Origin: Octopus sinensis
Lineage: Eukaryota
Length of the DNA stretch: 23,161 nucleotides
Reading direction: 5' to 3'
Assembly (NCBI RefSeq): GCF_006345805.1
Contig: NW_021836668.1
Coordinates: 1-23,161, forward strand
A program made the translations under genes and the position numbers. Below are positions 8,777-18,979 of the stretch, piece after piece (position 1 is the first letter of the stretch; each line of letters begins with the position of its first letter). The notes beneath the pieces are model-generated. The model saw nothing but the letters and a program-made list of their open reading frames with translations. It searched no databases and was not told the origin of the DNA.

Positions 8777-8866
8777 ATAAAGCATTGGTAGGCCTAAGGT
8801 ACCACGGATTGGGACTGAACCCGAAACTACATGGCTGCAAAGTGAACTTCTTAACGACGCAACCAT
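8777..8866 (-). mobile_element. Old, deleted family-A-like SINE head
   Basis: aaggtaccacg..tgggactgaacccgaaac.acatgg. Confidence 0.65.
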
Positions 8867-9804
8867 ATGATAATGAAAAAAAATGTTCAGAATTAGATCC
8901 TTCATATCGAACGATAATGTGTGGCAGCAGTCAATGAGTAACTTTGTTCTGGCATTGAACTCTTAAGCCCTATCTTTACAGCTAGATACACATTGCTGTC
9001 AAATACAATGGATTCTAGAAAGATCGGCACCAGACAGACCAGCGAGGAAAGATCTAATGAACAGGTGGCGCTTGTGAAAGAAAAATTTCAGGCGATCAAG
9101 ACGTTAAGATTGGCTGTTAAAAGGTGGAGGTCAATGAGAACACAAGTTAATAGATACAAAATGGAGGTCAGCAAACGAGCAAATTAAAATCTTTAACTGA
9201 AAACAAAAATGAAGTAGAATAGAATAAAATAGGATGAAAATAAAGTTAGATACACAACACACGCCAGCAGACCAATACGATAAAATAACTGACAATAATA
9301 ACTAAGGCAAAACAGAGACAGAGATATATTGAGCGTATAATGTAGGGTAGATTTCCTATCGTGTCTTTACTGGGTCACATTTAGTGCAACCAGTAAATCC
9401 GGCAGACTAAGCACATTCCAGCGGGAATGGCTGAGGTTTATCGTCGGTTGAAATCTGGGGACTAGTTCGTGGGAGGGGAATAAAGCCGGGGCAAAGATGC
9501 GGCCGATTACAGCCACAGACAAACTAAAGCTTTTTGCGGTGGACACACAGATTCGTCTAGATTATAAGTTCTGGCTATTGAAAGTGTGCGCAAAACCGAA
9601 CAGAGATTTATTTGACTGATTACTCTCGTTGACCGTTAGAGCTATTAAATCAAATAGCGAAACGGTTCCCAAGTGTCCCCTTTTTTTCTTTAATTATCAC
9701 ACTTTTAATAAAAATATTAATTGGCACGAAAACATTTTTTTAAAATCTGTGTTCGGCCAAGATGACTGAAAAATCTTAATTATAAAAAAATATAATAATA
9801 CTTT

Positions 9805-10258
9805 CGTATTTAAGGTACGAAGCCAGCTTTCTGAAGGGAGGGAGTTAGTCTATACCCTCGTTCCCAATTCTTAAATGTACCCTTTTAAAGCCTAGCCAGG
9901 CTCATGGGCCTGGTTTCCCTGTTTCAATGGCGTATGTGTTCTCCAGCTGGATGGGACGCCAGTCCGTCGCAGCGTTACTCATTTTTGCCAGCTGAGTGGA
10001 CTGGAGCAATGTGGAATGAAGTGTTTTGCTCAAGAACACAATGCGTCGCCCCGTCCAGGAATTGAAACCACAATCTTACGATCATGATGTTGACACCCTA
10101 ACCACTATGCCACGTGCCTCCGCAGTTCTTAACTGGTACTTTATTTTAACGACCCCGAAAGAACGAAAGGCGAAGCTGACCTTAAAATGTAATGAGCCGG
10201 AAAAATGCTGCTGAGCCTTCTTTTCAAGTGCCTTAACGATTCTTCTTGCTCGCTGGCT
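9805..10258 (-). mobile_element. Old SINE family B variant (9805-9874 plus 10123-10258) split by a family-C insertion
   Basis: aactggtactttattttaacgaccccgaaagaacgaaaggc follows the insert; variant tail precedes it. Confidence 0.7.
9875..10122 (-). mobile_element. tRNA-derived CORE-like SINE, family C, with 10-bp TSD
   Basis: cagctgagtggactggagcaa..gaagtgttttgctcaagaacacaa shared with 12199-12333 and 15020-15130; TSD caattcttaa 9865-9874 / cagttcttaa 10123-10132. Confidence 0.9.
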
Positions 10259-10318
10259 GCAAATAATTATATCAAATTATGGTACAAGTCGAGCGGTTTT
10301 ATGGGAAGTTGGTCAATT

Positions 10319-10540
10319 CAGCAGTTCTCAACTGGGATACACATAACAATTTTAGGGGGTCCACGCAATCAAAATAGTAAATAGGGAATTCACAAGTAGC
10401 ATTTTGAGGGTCCATGAAAAAATTTAAGATGTATTTATTGCAAGAAACGGCTAGGTTTCTTTCGCCAACGTTTTACATAATTCGACCTATACAAGTGAAC
10501 ATGGGAAAGACAAGATGTGAAAGAAGTATCTACAAAATTA
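10319..10540 (+). mobile_element. hAT (Charlie-like) non-autonomous element fragment, one terminus only
   Basis: Starts cagcagttctcaactggg, like CAGTGGTTCTCAAC termini; internal ggggtcca motifs. Confidence 0.5.
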
Positions 10541-10551
10541 GTTTCTAAACA

Positions 10552-10740
10552 TAGCAATTTTCGGGAGAATGGTGGGGTGGGGTTAGTTCGATTGCATCAA
10601 TCCCAAGCGCATAACAGGTACTTACTTTATTGACCCCAAAAAGGGGAGGAAAGGCAAAGTCGACCACAACGGAAGTTGAACTTAGAACCTTGAAAAGCCG
10701 TGAAAAAATGCCGCTAAGCATTTTGTTCGACGCACTAACG
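10552..10740 (-). mobile_element. Old SINE family B variant
   Basis: ggtacttactttattgacccc...gaaaggcaaagtcgacc...aatgccgctaagcatttt. Confidence 0.8.
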
Positions 10741-11462
10741 CCCAATAAAAATAATAACAATAATGCTTTCTTTATTTATACAGTAGGCGCACAAACGTTC
10801 GAAACCTCAGTCCCATGTATTCAATGAACTTTAAACACACACACACACACACCACACACACACACACACACACAGAGAAAATAAAGATAAAATAAACGGA
10901 CTTTGTTCCTTTCTTTCTTTCCTTCTCTCTTTATTGTTTGTTATTGTTGTTTTGTGTTTAGAAAGGCAATTTGTTTTCTGGTTTTATTCTTATAATTCTA
11001 TGCGTTTCTTTCCAGCAAGCGCTGAATGGGCCTCGCTTCACTTGCTTCTAAAATCTCACTTGCTCTATTCACCTCTAAAAACCTTTCGGTGCAGTTCGAT
11101 TATTCCAGCCAATGAATTCACTTTGTCCCGCCATTATAACTAAACACACACACACACACACACACATACACACACACATTTTTATATACATGTGTGTGAG
11201 TGTCGGTGTGGGTGATAAACAGTTCAGTACGAACCAACAAGGAAGCTTGTGTCAGAAGTTTTTAACCTGGGTAATAAGCGCCACCTCGCCTGTATTTTGA
11301 ACCTGTGTAAAAACGTCCCACTCGCTTTTCGTGGTTAACCTTGATAGCTGCACTTTTGAGGATATCGTGAGCTTACAAGAGAGCAGCAAATATCAAGGGG
11401 GTTAACTAAAGGCTATAGGAGCGTTAAGTATTTAAGGAAGACAAATTTTCTTAGAACTATAT

Positions 11463-11693
11463 ATTTCTTTACTACCCACAAGGGGCTAAACACAGAGGGG
11501 ACAAACAAGGACAGACAAACGGATTAAGTCGATTATAATGACCCCAGTGTGTAACTGGTACTTAATTTATCGACTCCGAAAGGATGAAAGGCAAAGCCGA
11601 CCTCGGCGGAATTTGAACTGAGAACGTAACGACAGACGAAATACGGCTACGCATTTCGCCCGGCGTGCTAACGTTTCTGCCAGCTCGCCGCCC
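11463..11693 (-). mobile_element. Young full-length SINE family B with perfect 18-bp TSD
   Basis: attttcttagaactatat at 11445-11462 and 11694-11711. Confidence 0.96.
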
Positions 11694-11821
11694 ATTTTCT
11701 TAGAACTATATTTAAAGAAGTACAATACTTGCATGTTTTAGCTCCCTTCGCCCTTTTTTTTTTTTTTTGTAATTTGTCCACGTTACTGTATTTTTTATGC
11801 ACTGTATGTAAAAAAAAAATA

Positions 11822-12011
11822 GGTGCAGGAGTAGCTGTGTGGTAAGTAGCTTGCTTACCAACCACATGGCTCCGGGTTCAGTCCCACTACGTGGCACCTT
11901 GGGCAAGTGTCTTCTACTATAAGCATTGGACCGACCAAAGCCTTGTGAGTGGATTTGGTAGACGGAAACTGAAAGAAGCCCGTCGTATATATGTATATAT
12001 GTGTGTGTGTT
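11822..12011 (+). mobile_element. SINE family A, 5' half, ending in the internal microsatellite
   Basis: Matches 6313-6500. Confidence 0.92.
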
Positions 12012-12119
12012 TGGTATTTCTAAATAAAATTTGAAAATTCTATTTTTATTTATCAGCTGTTGCAATCCTCAAAGTGACCTTTTTCTTTTCTGTTTTTTTT
12101 TTGCGTTACATATGTATTA

Positions 12120-12333
12120 TGAGGTTCAAAGGTCCTTCCCGAGCCAAAGGCTCACAAGGGACGGTTTCTCGGATTCCCTTTTTTTTTTTTTCTTTTGCCA
12201 GCTGAGTGGACTGGAGCAGCATGAAATGAAATGCTTTGTTCCAGACCAAACGCATCGCCCGGTTCAGAAATCGAAACCACAATATTACGACCATGCGTGC
12301 AACACCTTCACCACTAAACCACACGCCTCCACA
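12120..12333 (-). mobile_element. SINE family C variant
   Basis: tttgccagctgagtggactggagcagcatgaaatgaa...gaaaccacaat..tacga aligns with 9983-10122. Confidence 0.85.
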
Positions 12334-12335
12334 TA

Positions 12336-12913
12336 CACAGACATGCAAGAAATAAATAGACACCTTTAATTTTCAAAATTTCTGATCTAAGCGTCTTAAT
12401 ATGTTTTCAACGGTGTAGAATTTACAATGTAATTATTCTTTTTCATTCCAGGTGCCATTATATTAAACATTTGCCAAGAGTAACCGTGCCACGCACAAAA
12501 TATTCAGCAGAACTGCCAGATTTTCAAACAGGTCGTATTGTTGGGCAATCTGTGGCTGGTCTTAGCCAGCGAAAAATTGCCGAAAATTTTCAAATTTCTC
12601 TTGCTGCTGTTAATAGAATTATAGTGCAATTCAAAAGCCAAAGAAAAGAATCAATAGATTCTCATTCCGGCCGACCTGGGTCCTCGGAAAGGAATCTTCG
12701 CTGTTTGAAGAGAATTGTGGAAAACGAACCCCGTTCGAAAGTTTCTGGCATTGCCAAACAGCTAGAAGTTAGTCCAAGAACGTGTGCTACATATCTGCAT
12801 AAACTTGGGTATTATGGACGAGCAGCTAGAAGAAAACCTCTCCTTCACCCAATTAATATCAAATAAAAGATTTTGAAAATTAAAGGTGTATGTTTACTTC
12901 CTGCATGTCTGTG
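12336..12913 (+). mobile_element. Internally deleted Tc1-like element with 44-bp TIRs and TA TSD
   Basis: TIRs 12336-12379 / 12870-12913 (4 mismatches); TA at 12334-12335 and 12914-12915. Confidence 0.93.
12471..12866 (+). pseudogene. N-terminal paired-like HTH domain of a Tc1 transposase, DDE domain absent
   Basis: ELPDFQTGRIVG...GLSQRKIA...SGRPG...LHKLGYYGRAARRKPLL; uninterrupted frame ending at the right TIR; no ATG start. Confidence 0.9.
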
Positions 12914-12915
12914 TA

Positions 12916-13298
12916 TACTCTTTTACTCTTTTACTTGTTTCAGTCATTTGACTGCGGCCATGCCGGAGCACCGCCTTTAGTCGCAGTCAAATGACCCCAG
13001 GACTTATTCTTTGTAAGCCTAGTACTTATTCTATCGGTCTCTTTTGCCGAACCGCTAAGTTACGGGGACGTAAACACACCAGCATTGGTTGTCAAGCGAT
13101 GTTGAGGGGACAAACACACACACATATATATACATATACATATATACATATATACGACGGGCTTCTTTCAGTTTCCAAAGCTTTGGTCGGCCCGAGGCTA
13201 TAGTAGAAGACACTTGCCCAAGGTGCCACACGGTAGGACTGAACCCAGAACCATGTGGTTGGTAAGCAAGCTACCTACCACACAGCCACTCCAACACC
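12916..13298 (-). mobile_element. SINE family A, near full length with a small internal deletion
   Basis: Reverse complement of the family A consensus with (TACTCTTT)n tail. Confidence 0.94.
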
Positions 13299-13394
13299 TA
13301 TATATAATAATTAGCTTGCATATTTATTATATTTTGTGTTTTGTTATGTGCATGGTTACTTAACCCATGGAGGACATGTTCTGCATAAAATGCA

Positions 13395-13414
13395 AAAAAG
13401 GTTGGGAGCCGCTG
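13395..13414. mobile_element. Isolated hAT-like terminus
   Basis: aaaaaaggttgggagccgctg resembles the ...GGTTGGGAACCACTG ends of hAT MITEs. Confidence 0.35.
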
Positions 13415-13899
13415 CCTTACGGTGTTCGATCCAAGTCTGTCCGCTCTGTGTAAAAAATCCCGCCGTGACCCGCTTTAATACTATTTTAAAGACAACAACA
13501 CTAATTAATTGCGTAAACATTGACTTTCTAAAGTATTGATTCTAGGTCAATAATAATTGTGTGAAGTTACTACTTAAATCACCCATTTTATGTTCTGGTT
13601 ATTCGATAACTTTTAAAAGTTGTCGCTAATTATTCCCGTCTCTCTTTTCGTCACTTCGAAATGTTCTTTCTTTAGCAGACGATTCCAGTCGTCTCCATAA
13701 TTCATTGTTCAACCCCCCCCCTCATGTCCTTCACATCTTCACTCATTCCAGAATCCTTCCGCTCAATTTCCCACACTTTCTACACGTTCAGCCCTTCCCC
13801 GCCTCTCCCCCACCCCATATTTTATAATTCATTCTCCTTTTCTTACTTTCCCTGCTACCCTTTCTTGCGACTGTCTCCTAACCCAATTAACTTTCTACA

Positions 13900-14343
13900 T
13901 AATTAATAGCACCAGAAGTATAAATACCAAAAGGTAATATTTAACCCCACTTAAAAGCGGGTGTTGTGTTAGAACACAGTATACTGGGTTATTTAGTATA
14001 GAAGAACCTCTCATATGGACTTGTGGTGCATATAAGCACTCGTGTTTATATCACTAGCAGGAAATAATCATCCGCTATCACCACCAGACAACCAGATCAC
14101 GTAATTTCGGCCTTCCTTGACCTCGTCAGTTGTAAACGCCCGAATGTAGAAATAGCTGCGATTCCTCCATCAGCGATGTACGTAGAATCTCAGTATCTAA
14201 TTAGGCACTGGAGTCACAAATAGCCATTAGGCTTATTAAAAAATAATTAATAGAAACAGAAGCAGTATTATTGCCAAGAGGTAATATTTATCTCTACCTA
14301 ATAGTGGAGGTTGTGTTAGAAAACAGGATACTGCGGTAATTAC
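13900..14343 (-). mobile_element. Terminally redundant ~344-bp unit with one hammerhead (Penelope pLTR or retrozyme-like)
   Basis: Diverged direct repeats 13900-13995 and 14244-14343 (taattaatag..cagaag...ggtaatattta...gttgtgttagaa.acag.atactg) flank the ribozyme. Confidence 0.65.
14085..14142 (-). ncRNA. Type I hammerhead ribozyme with intact core and near-palindromic stem III
   Basis: Minus strand: cgggcg-ttt-acaa CTGACGA GGTC-aaggaa-GGCC GAAA TTACGTGA TC tggt-tgtctg; AUC triplet, predicted cut between 14095 and 14094. Confidence 0.8.
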
Positions 14344-14353
14344 CATTCTGTAT

Positions 14354-14733
14354 ACTCTTTATTCTTTACTCTTTTACTTGTTTCAGTCATTTGACTGCGG
14401 CCATGCTGGAGCACCGCCTTTAGTCGAGCAAATCGACCCCAGGACTTATTCTTTGTAAGCCCAGTACTTATTCTATCGGTCTCTTTTGCCCAACTGCTAA
14501 GTTACGAGGACGTAAACACACCAGCATCGGTTGTCAAGCAATGCTAGAGGGACAAACACACAAACATACACACACACATACATATATATATATATACATA
14601 TATACGACAGGCTTCTTTCAGTTTCCGTCTACCAAATCCACTCACAAGGCTTTGGTCGGCCCGAGGCTATAGCAGAAGACACTTGCCCAAGATGCCACGC
14701 AGTGGGACTGAACCCGGAACCATGTGGTTGGTT
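14354..14733 (-). mobile_element. SINE family A lacking the extreme 5' end
   Basis: Matches other family A copies. Confidence 0.93.
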
Positions 14734-14811
14734 ACCTATAATACAACATTTTATCAATAAGTCAGTTATAACTTTAAGGATTAGAGAGTAGCTATAGTAA
14801 AATAGTAAAAT

Positions 14812-15130
14812 AGGGTAAAGACTCCCTTCGGTCATGAATGAACCTAGGATTGCACATAGAAAGTTCCTCTCCGGTGCACAAGTCCGGGCAAGGTTGTTTA
14901 AGGAAGACCAGCAGTCGCCCATGCGTACCAGCCTCCCGCTCTCCACGCCACCGATGTTATTCCAAAGGAAAGGCAAAGGCTGATACAGCTTGGCATCAGT
15001 GACGTCACAACTCATTTCTACGGCTGAGTGAACCGGAGCAACGTGAAATAAAGTGTCTTGCTCAAGAACACAACATACAGCCCGCTCCGTGAATCGAACT
15101 CACTACCTCGTGATTGTGAGCCCGACGCTA
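14812..15130 (-). mobile_element. SINE family D: family-C-like head/CORE with a different, RTE-like tail
   Basis: gctgagtgaaccggagcaacgtgaaataaagtgtcttgctcaagaacaca shared with family C; tail cccttcggtcatgaatga differs. Confidence 0.82.
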
Positions 15131-15156
15131 TGTTTCTTTTATCCTTTTATCTGTCA

Positions 15157-15415
15157 TTTGTTTCAGTCATTGGACTGTGGCCATGCTGGGGCACCGCCTT
15201 GAAGGGTTTTAGTCGAACAAATCGACCCCGGTATTTTTTGACAACCGATGATGTTGTGTTTGCGTCCCCGTAACTTAGCGATTCGACAACAGATACCGAT
15301 AGAATAAGTACTAGGCTTACAAACAATAAGTCCTGGGGTCGATTTGCCCGACTAAAGGCGGTCCTCCAGCGTGGCTGCAGTCAAATGACTGAAACAAGTA
15401 AAAGAGTAAAGAGAG
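15157..15415. mobile_element. Two family A 3' fragments in inverted orientation (15157-15233 minus; 15238-15415 plus)
   Basis: ttgtttcagtcatt...aaatcgacccc versus ggggtcgattt...aatgactgaaacaa. Confidence 0.88.
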
Positions 15416-15699
15416 TCTAACTTTTGTTGAGGAATGTCGTTCGAAACTATACTTTTGTTAAGATATGTCAAGTTTATTGAGACAACGTGACTCGCAGAAA
15501 ATACCAATTCTGTTTTTTTGGTAAATATTTATCGTTATGACTGGAATAGCCATGAAATTGAATTTCGTAGTTAAAAAGTTAAACGATATTTGGCGCTCCA
15601 GTCTAGTACCAAAAATTTCATATTTACAAATTACTCAACATCTCAACTGGAATTACAATTATAAAAGACATTGCAATTTTGTGACTAATGAGAATATAG

Positions 15700-15755
15700 G
15701 GTGAGCTCGCAGGTGAGATCACAGGTAAGATCAAATGTGAGAGCACAGTTAAGAT
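15700..15755. repeat. 12-bp minisatellite, about 4.7 units (GGTGAGATCACA)
   Basis: ggtgagctcgca ggtgagatcaca ggtaagatcaaa tgtgagagcaca gttaagat. Confidence 0.8.
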
Positions 15756-16250
15756 GAAACATGGATGACATTATTGTAATTTTTTAAGGAAAAACACAAA
15801 GGAATGCAGAAAGACGGGGTGAAGTAATTATTCATGGATGGTAGGGTTTGCTATCTCCCTTGCTGAAGTCCAGTGCAAATAAAATTTAAAAAGAATAAAT
15901 TAGAATTGGATTAAAATTTAAATAACCATTGGAATATTTAAAAACTAAAATGATATAGTAAAATATATTATGGTAAAAATATAAAGATTTGGAATAAGAG
16001 ACGTTGACGTCTCACTTCAACTGTAATCCTGACCCAAATTCTCGCCAGCAATAACAGCAGAATGTTCTTTGTAATTCGAATTCATGTATAAAAAATGTTG
16101 ACTGATTTATTATATGAAACCTTAGGTACTTGATTATTAACTGGAATTTTATTAAACTATTAATTGTCCGTCTTCTGTTATTGAGGATTACTACTTCCAG
16201 TTCGTTAGTAACGTGTGTATATACAAGCATGCTCATATATAAATATATAA

Positions 16251-16349
16251 ATGTATGTATGTATGTATGTATGTATGTATGTATGTATGTATGTATGTAT
16301 GTATGTATGTATGTATGTATGTATGTATGTATGTATGTATGTATGTATG
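16251..16349. repeat. (ATGT)n microsatellite
   Basis: Direct reading. Confidence 0.98.
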
Positions 16350-16611
16350 CATGCATGCAAAGCAATCAAGTTGGGTGTGGAAGCATTGAAGGTTGCCTAA
16401 AGGTGGCTGTAGATCAGGAGGTGCGAGTCATGGAAGGGCAGTGCCCCCAGGGGTAATGCTAACTGGACATAAACTGCGGCTTGACCAACCCCGGCCGGAT
16501 CACCTAAGTGAGAGTGCCTGATGTTGAAAGAACCGAAACGCCTAATAAGCCCAAGAATCATTACTGATGAACTGTCCAGGTACACGAGCGGATGATGTAA
16601 GGAAAAACTCA

Positions 16612-16647
16612 ATATATATATAGATATATAAGTGTGTGTGTATGTGC

Positions 16648-16694
<47 letters not shown>

Positions 16695-16772
16695 TATGTC
16701 TATATATATGTATATATATATATATATATGTATGTATATATATATAATATGTCTATATATATATATATATAT
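16612..16772. repeat. (TA)n/(TG)n microsatellite
   Basis: Direct reading. Confidence 0.95.
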
Positions 16773-17322
16773 CTTTTACTCTTTTACTTGTTTCAGTCAT
16801 TTGAATGTGGCCATGCTGGAGCACCGCCTTTGGTCGAGGAAATCGACCCCAGGACTTATTCTTTGTAAGCCTGGTACTTATTCTATCGGTCTCTTTTGCC
16901 GAACCGCTATGTTACTGGGACGTAAACACACCAGCATCGGTTGTCAAGCGATGTTGGTGAGACAAACACAGACACACAAACACACACACACATACATATG
17001 TATAAACATATATACGACGGGCTTCTTTCAGTTTCCTATTTCTTTACTACCCACAAGGGGCTAAACACAGAGGGAACAAACAAGGACAGACAAATGGATT
17101 AAGTCGATTATATCGATACCAGTGTGTAACTGGTACCTATTTAATCGACCCCGAAAGGATGAAAGGCAAACTCGAGTTTCCGTCCACCAAATCCACTCAC
17201 AAGGCTTTGATCGGCCCGAGGCTATAGTAGAAGACACTTGCCGAAGGTGCCACGCAGTGGGACTGAACCCGGAACCATGTGGTTGGTAAGCAAGCTACTT
17301 ACCACACAGCCACTCCTACGCC
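16772..17322 (-). mobile_element. SINE family A, full length, interrupted by a family B insertion
   Basis: Consensus ...ctttcagtttcc|gtc.accaaatcc... is split at 17036/17175. Confidence 0.94.
17037..17174 (-). mobile_element. 5'-truncated SINE family B with 7-bp TSD
   Basis: AGTTTCC at 17030-17036 and 17175-17181. Confidence 0.93.
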
Positions 17323-17328
17323 ACTCCT

Positions 17329-17361
17329 ATATATAGATATATATACACACATATGTCTACT

Positions 17362-17401
<40 letters not shown>

Positions 17402-17500
17402 CACACGCACACACGTTCTGCCAAATAGCAGGATGAGATCGAACTCGCTTAACTGCATAATCATGTTTTTTTTTTGTTTTGTTTCTTTGTTGTTGCTGTT

Positions 17501-17535
<35 letters not shown>
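17329..17535. repeat. (TA)n, (TG)n and (TTG)n microsatellites
   Basis: Direct reading. Confidence 0.9.
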
Positions 17536-17536
<1 letters not shown>

Positions 17537-17548
17537 TTCTCCATCGAG

Positions 17549-17630
17549 TCCCAAAATGGTTTAAAGGTAAAGGTCTCCGTTCCTGGAAGGTTTAGAACTA
17601 GGACAACGAGGTGTCGTGGGGTAGAGAAGG
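17549..17630 (+). CDS. Candidate internal exon (SQNGLKVKVSVPGRFRTRTTRCRGVEK), product unknown
   Basis: Strong donor AAGG|gtgagt; acceptor uncertain (17549 or 17567); phase 1 end fits 18980-19107. Confidence 0.3.
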
Positions 17631-17739
17631 GTGAGTGTTATCTAAATACCACCACAGAACACATCCTGTATCCTGCCATGCGCCAATCATCAAACGAACG
17701 CCATCTTTATTAAAGATTTTATTGCTTTGCTTTGCCAAA

Positions 17740-18290
17740 TTCTTTCTTTCTTTCCTTCCTTCTTTCTAGCTCTCTATCTATCTTTCTCTCTTTCAATCCT
17801 TCTATCTTTCTTTATGCCTATTTTCCTTTCTTCCTTTATTCTTTCTTTCCTCCTTCCTTTCTTTCAATCATTCTTCACTTGCTCTTGCCTCCTTCTCATT
17901 CCTCTTTCTTTTCTACGTCTTTCATCATTCTCTCTGTCTTTCTTTTCCCTCTTTTATTCTCGCTTCCTTCTTTCTCTTCCTTTTTCCTCCAAACTTTCGT
18001 TCTTACTTCGTTTTTTTCTTTCTCCTTTTTGTTCTTTCGTTTCTTTGTTTCTTCTACCTCTTCTTTTTCTCTCTCTCTCTCTCCCTCTCTCTCTTTTCCT
18101 CTTTCCTTCGCTCTCCCTCTCTCTTTTCCTCTTTCCTTCTCTCTCTCTTTCCCTCTCTCTCTCTCTCTCGTTTCCTCCTTCCCTCTCTCTCTCCTTCATT
18201 CTTTTTTTCTTTTTCTTTAGTTCGTAACGTTCTTTCATTTTACTTTCTTTTCTCTTTCGATCTTTCCTCATTCATTTCTTTCATCCAGCT
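17740..18290. repeat. Polypyrimidine (CT/CTT) low-complexity tract
   Basis: Direct reading. Confidence 0.95.
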
Positions 18291-18354
18291 CCACCCCCAC
18301 CCCCACAACTTTATGTTTTCTTCTTCCCGTCATCCATTTCTCCTTGTTAATAGT

Positions 18355-18439
18355 ATTGTGATGGTGGTAGTACGCTGTAGTGATAATAATTTTGTTGATG
18401 GAGACAGTACCGGCGATAGTAGTAGTAGTAGTAGTAGTT

Positions 18440-18475
<36 letters not shown>

Positions 18476-18744
18476 TTGTTACTGATGCTCATTATAACTA
18501 CGGCTGTTACCACTGTCGATGTTGGTGTTGTTGATGATGCAGATGGTGATGATGTTAGCGTTACGGTTGTCACTGATGAGGACGACGATGATGATGATGA
18601 TGATGAGGAGGAGGAGGAGGTAGAAAAAGAAGAAGAAGAAGAAGAAGAAGAAGAAGAAGAAGAGGTGGAGGAACAGGAGGAAGACGAGAAAGAGGATGAT
18701 GTATATGATGATGTTTTTGACGTTGTAGTCGATGATGTTGATTG

Positions 18745-18788
<44 letters not shown>

Positions 18789-18940
18789 TGAGGAGGAGGA
18801 GGAGGGTAGGAGGAGGAGGGGATGGAGGAGGAGTGGTAGGAGGGGTAGGAGGAGGAAAAGAAGCCAGAGTATGAAGTCGATGATGATGAGGTTGATATTA
18901 CTGTTGTTATCGATGATGATGATGATGATGATGATGATTT
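18355..18940. repeat. Compound trinucleotide block (TAG, GAT, GAG, GAA, GGA)
   Basis: Direct reading. Confidence 0.93.
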
Positions 18941-18979
18941 CCTTTTATCATTCATTCGTTCGTATCGCCGTTTCTTCAG

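Noticed and set aside
11000-11143. Acceptor tttctttccag with a short downstream frame
   Set aside because: Contains local tcacttgct/ctaaaa duplications, lacks a good donor and has no recognisable peptide
15700-15755. Short repeats as a CRISPR-like array (also 21255-21357)
   Set aside because: Tandem units without unique spacers, eukaryotic context, no cas genes
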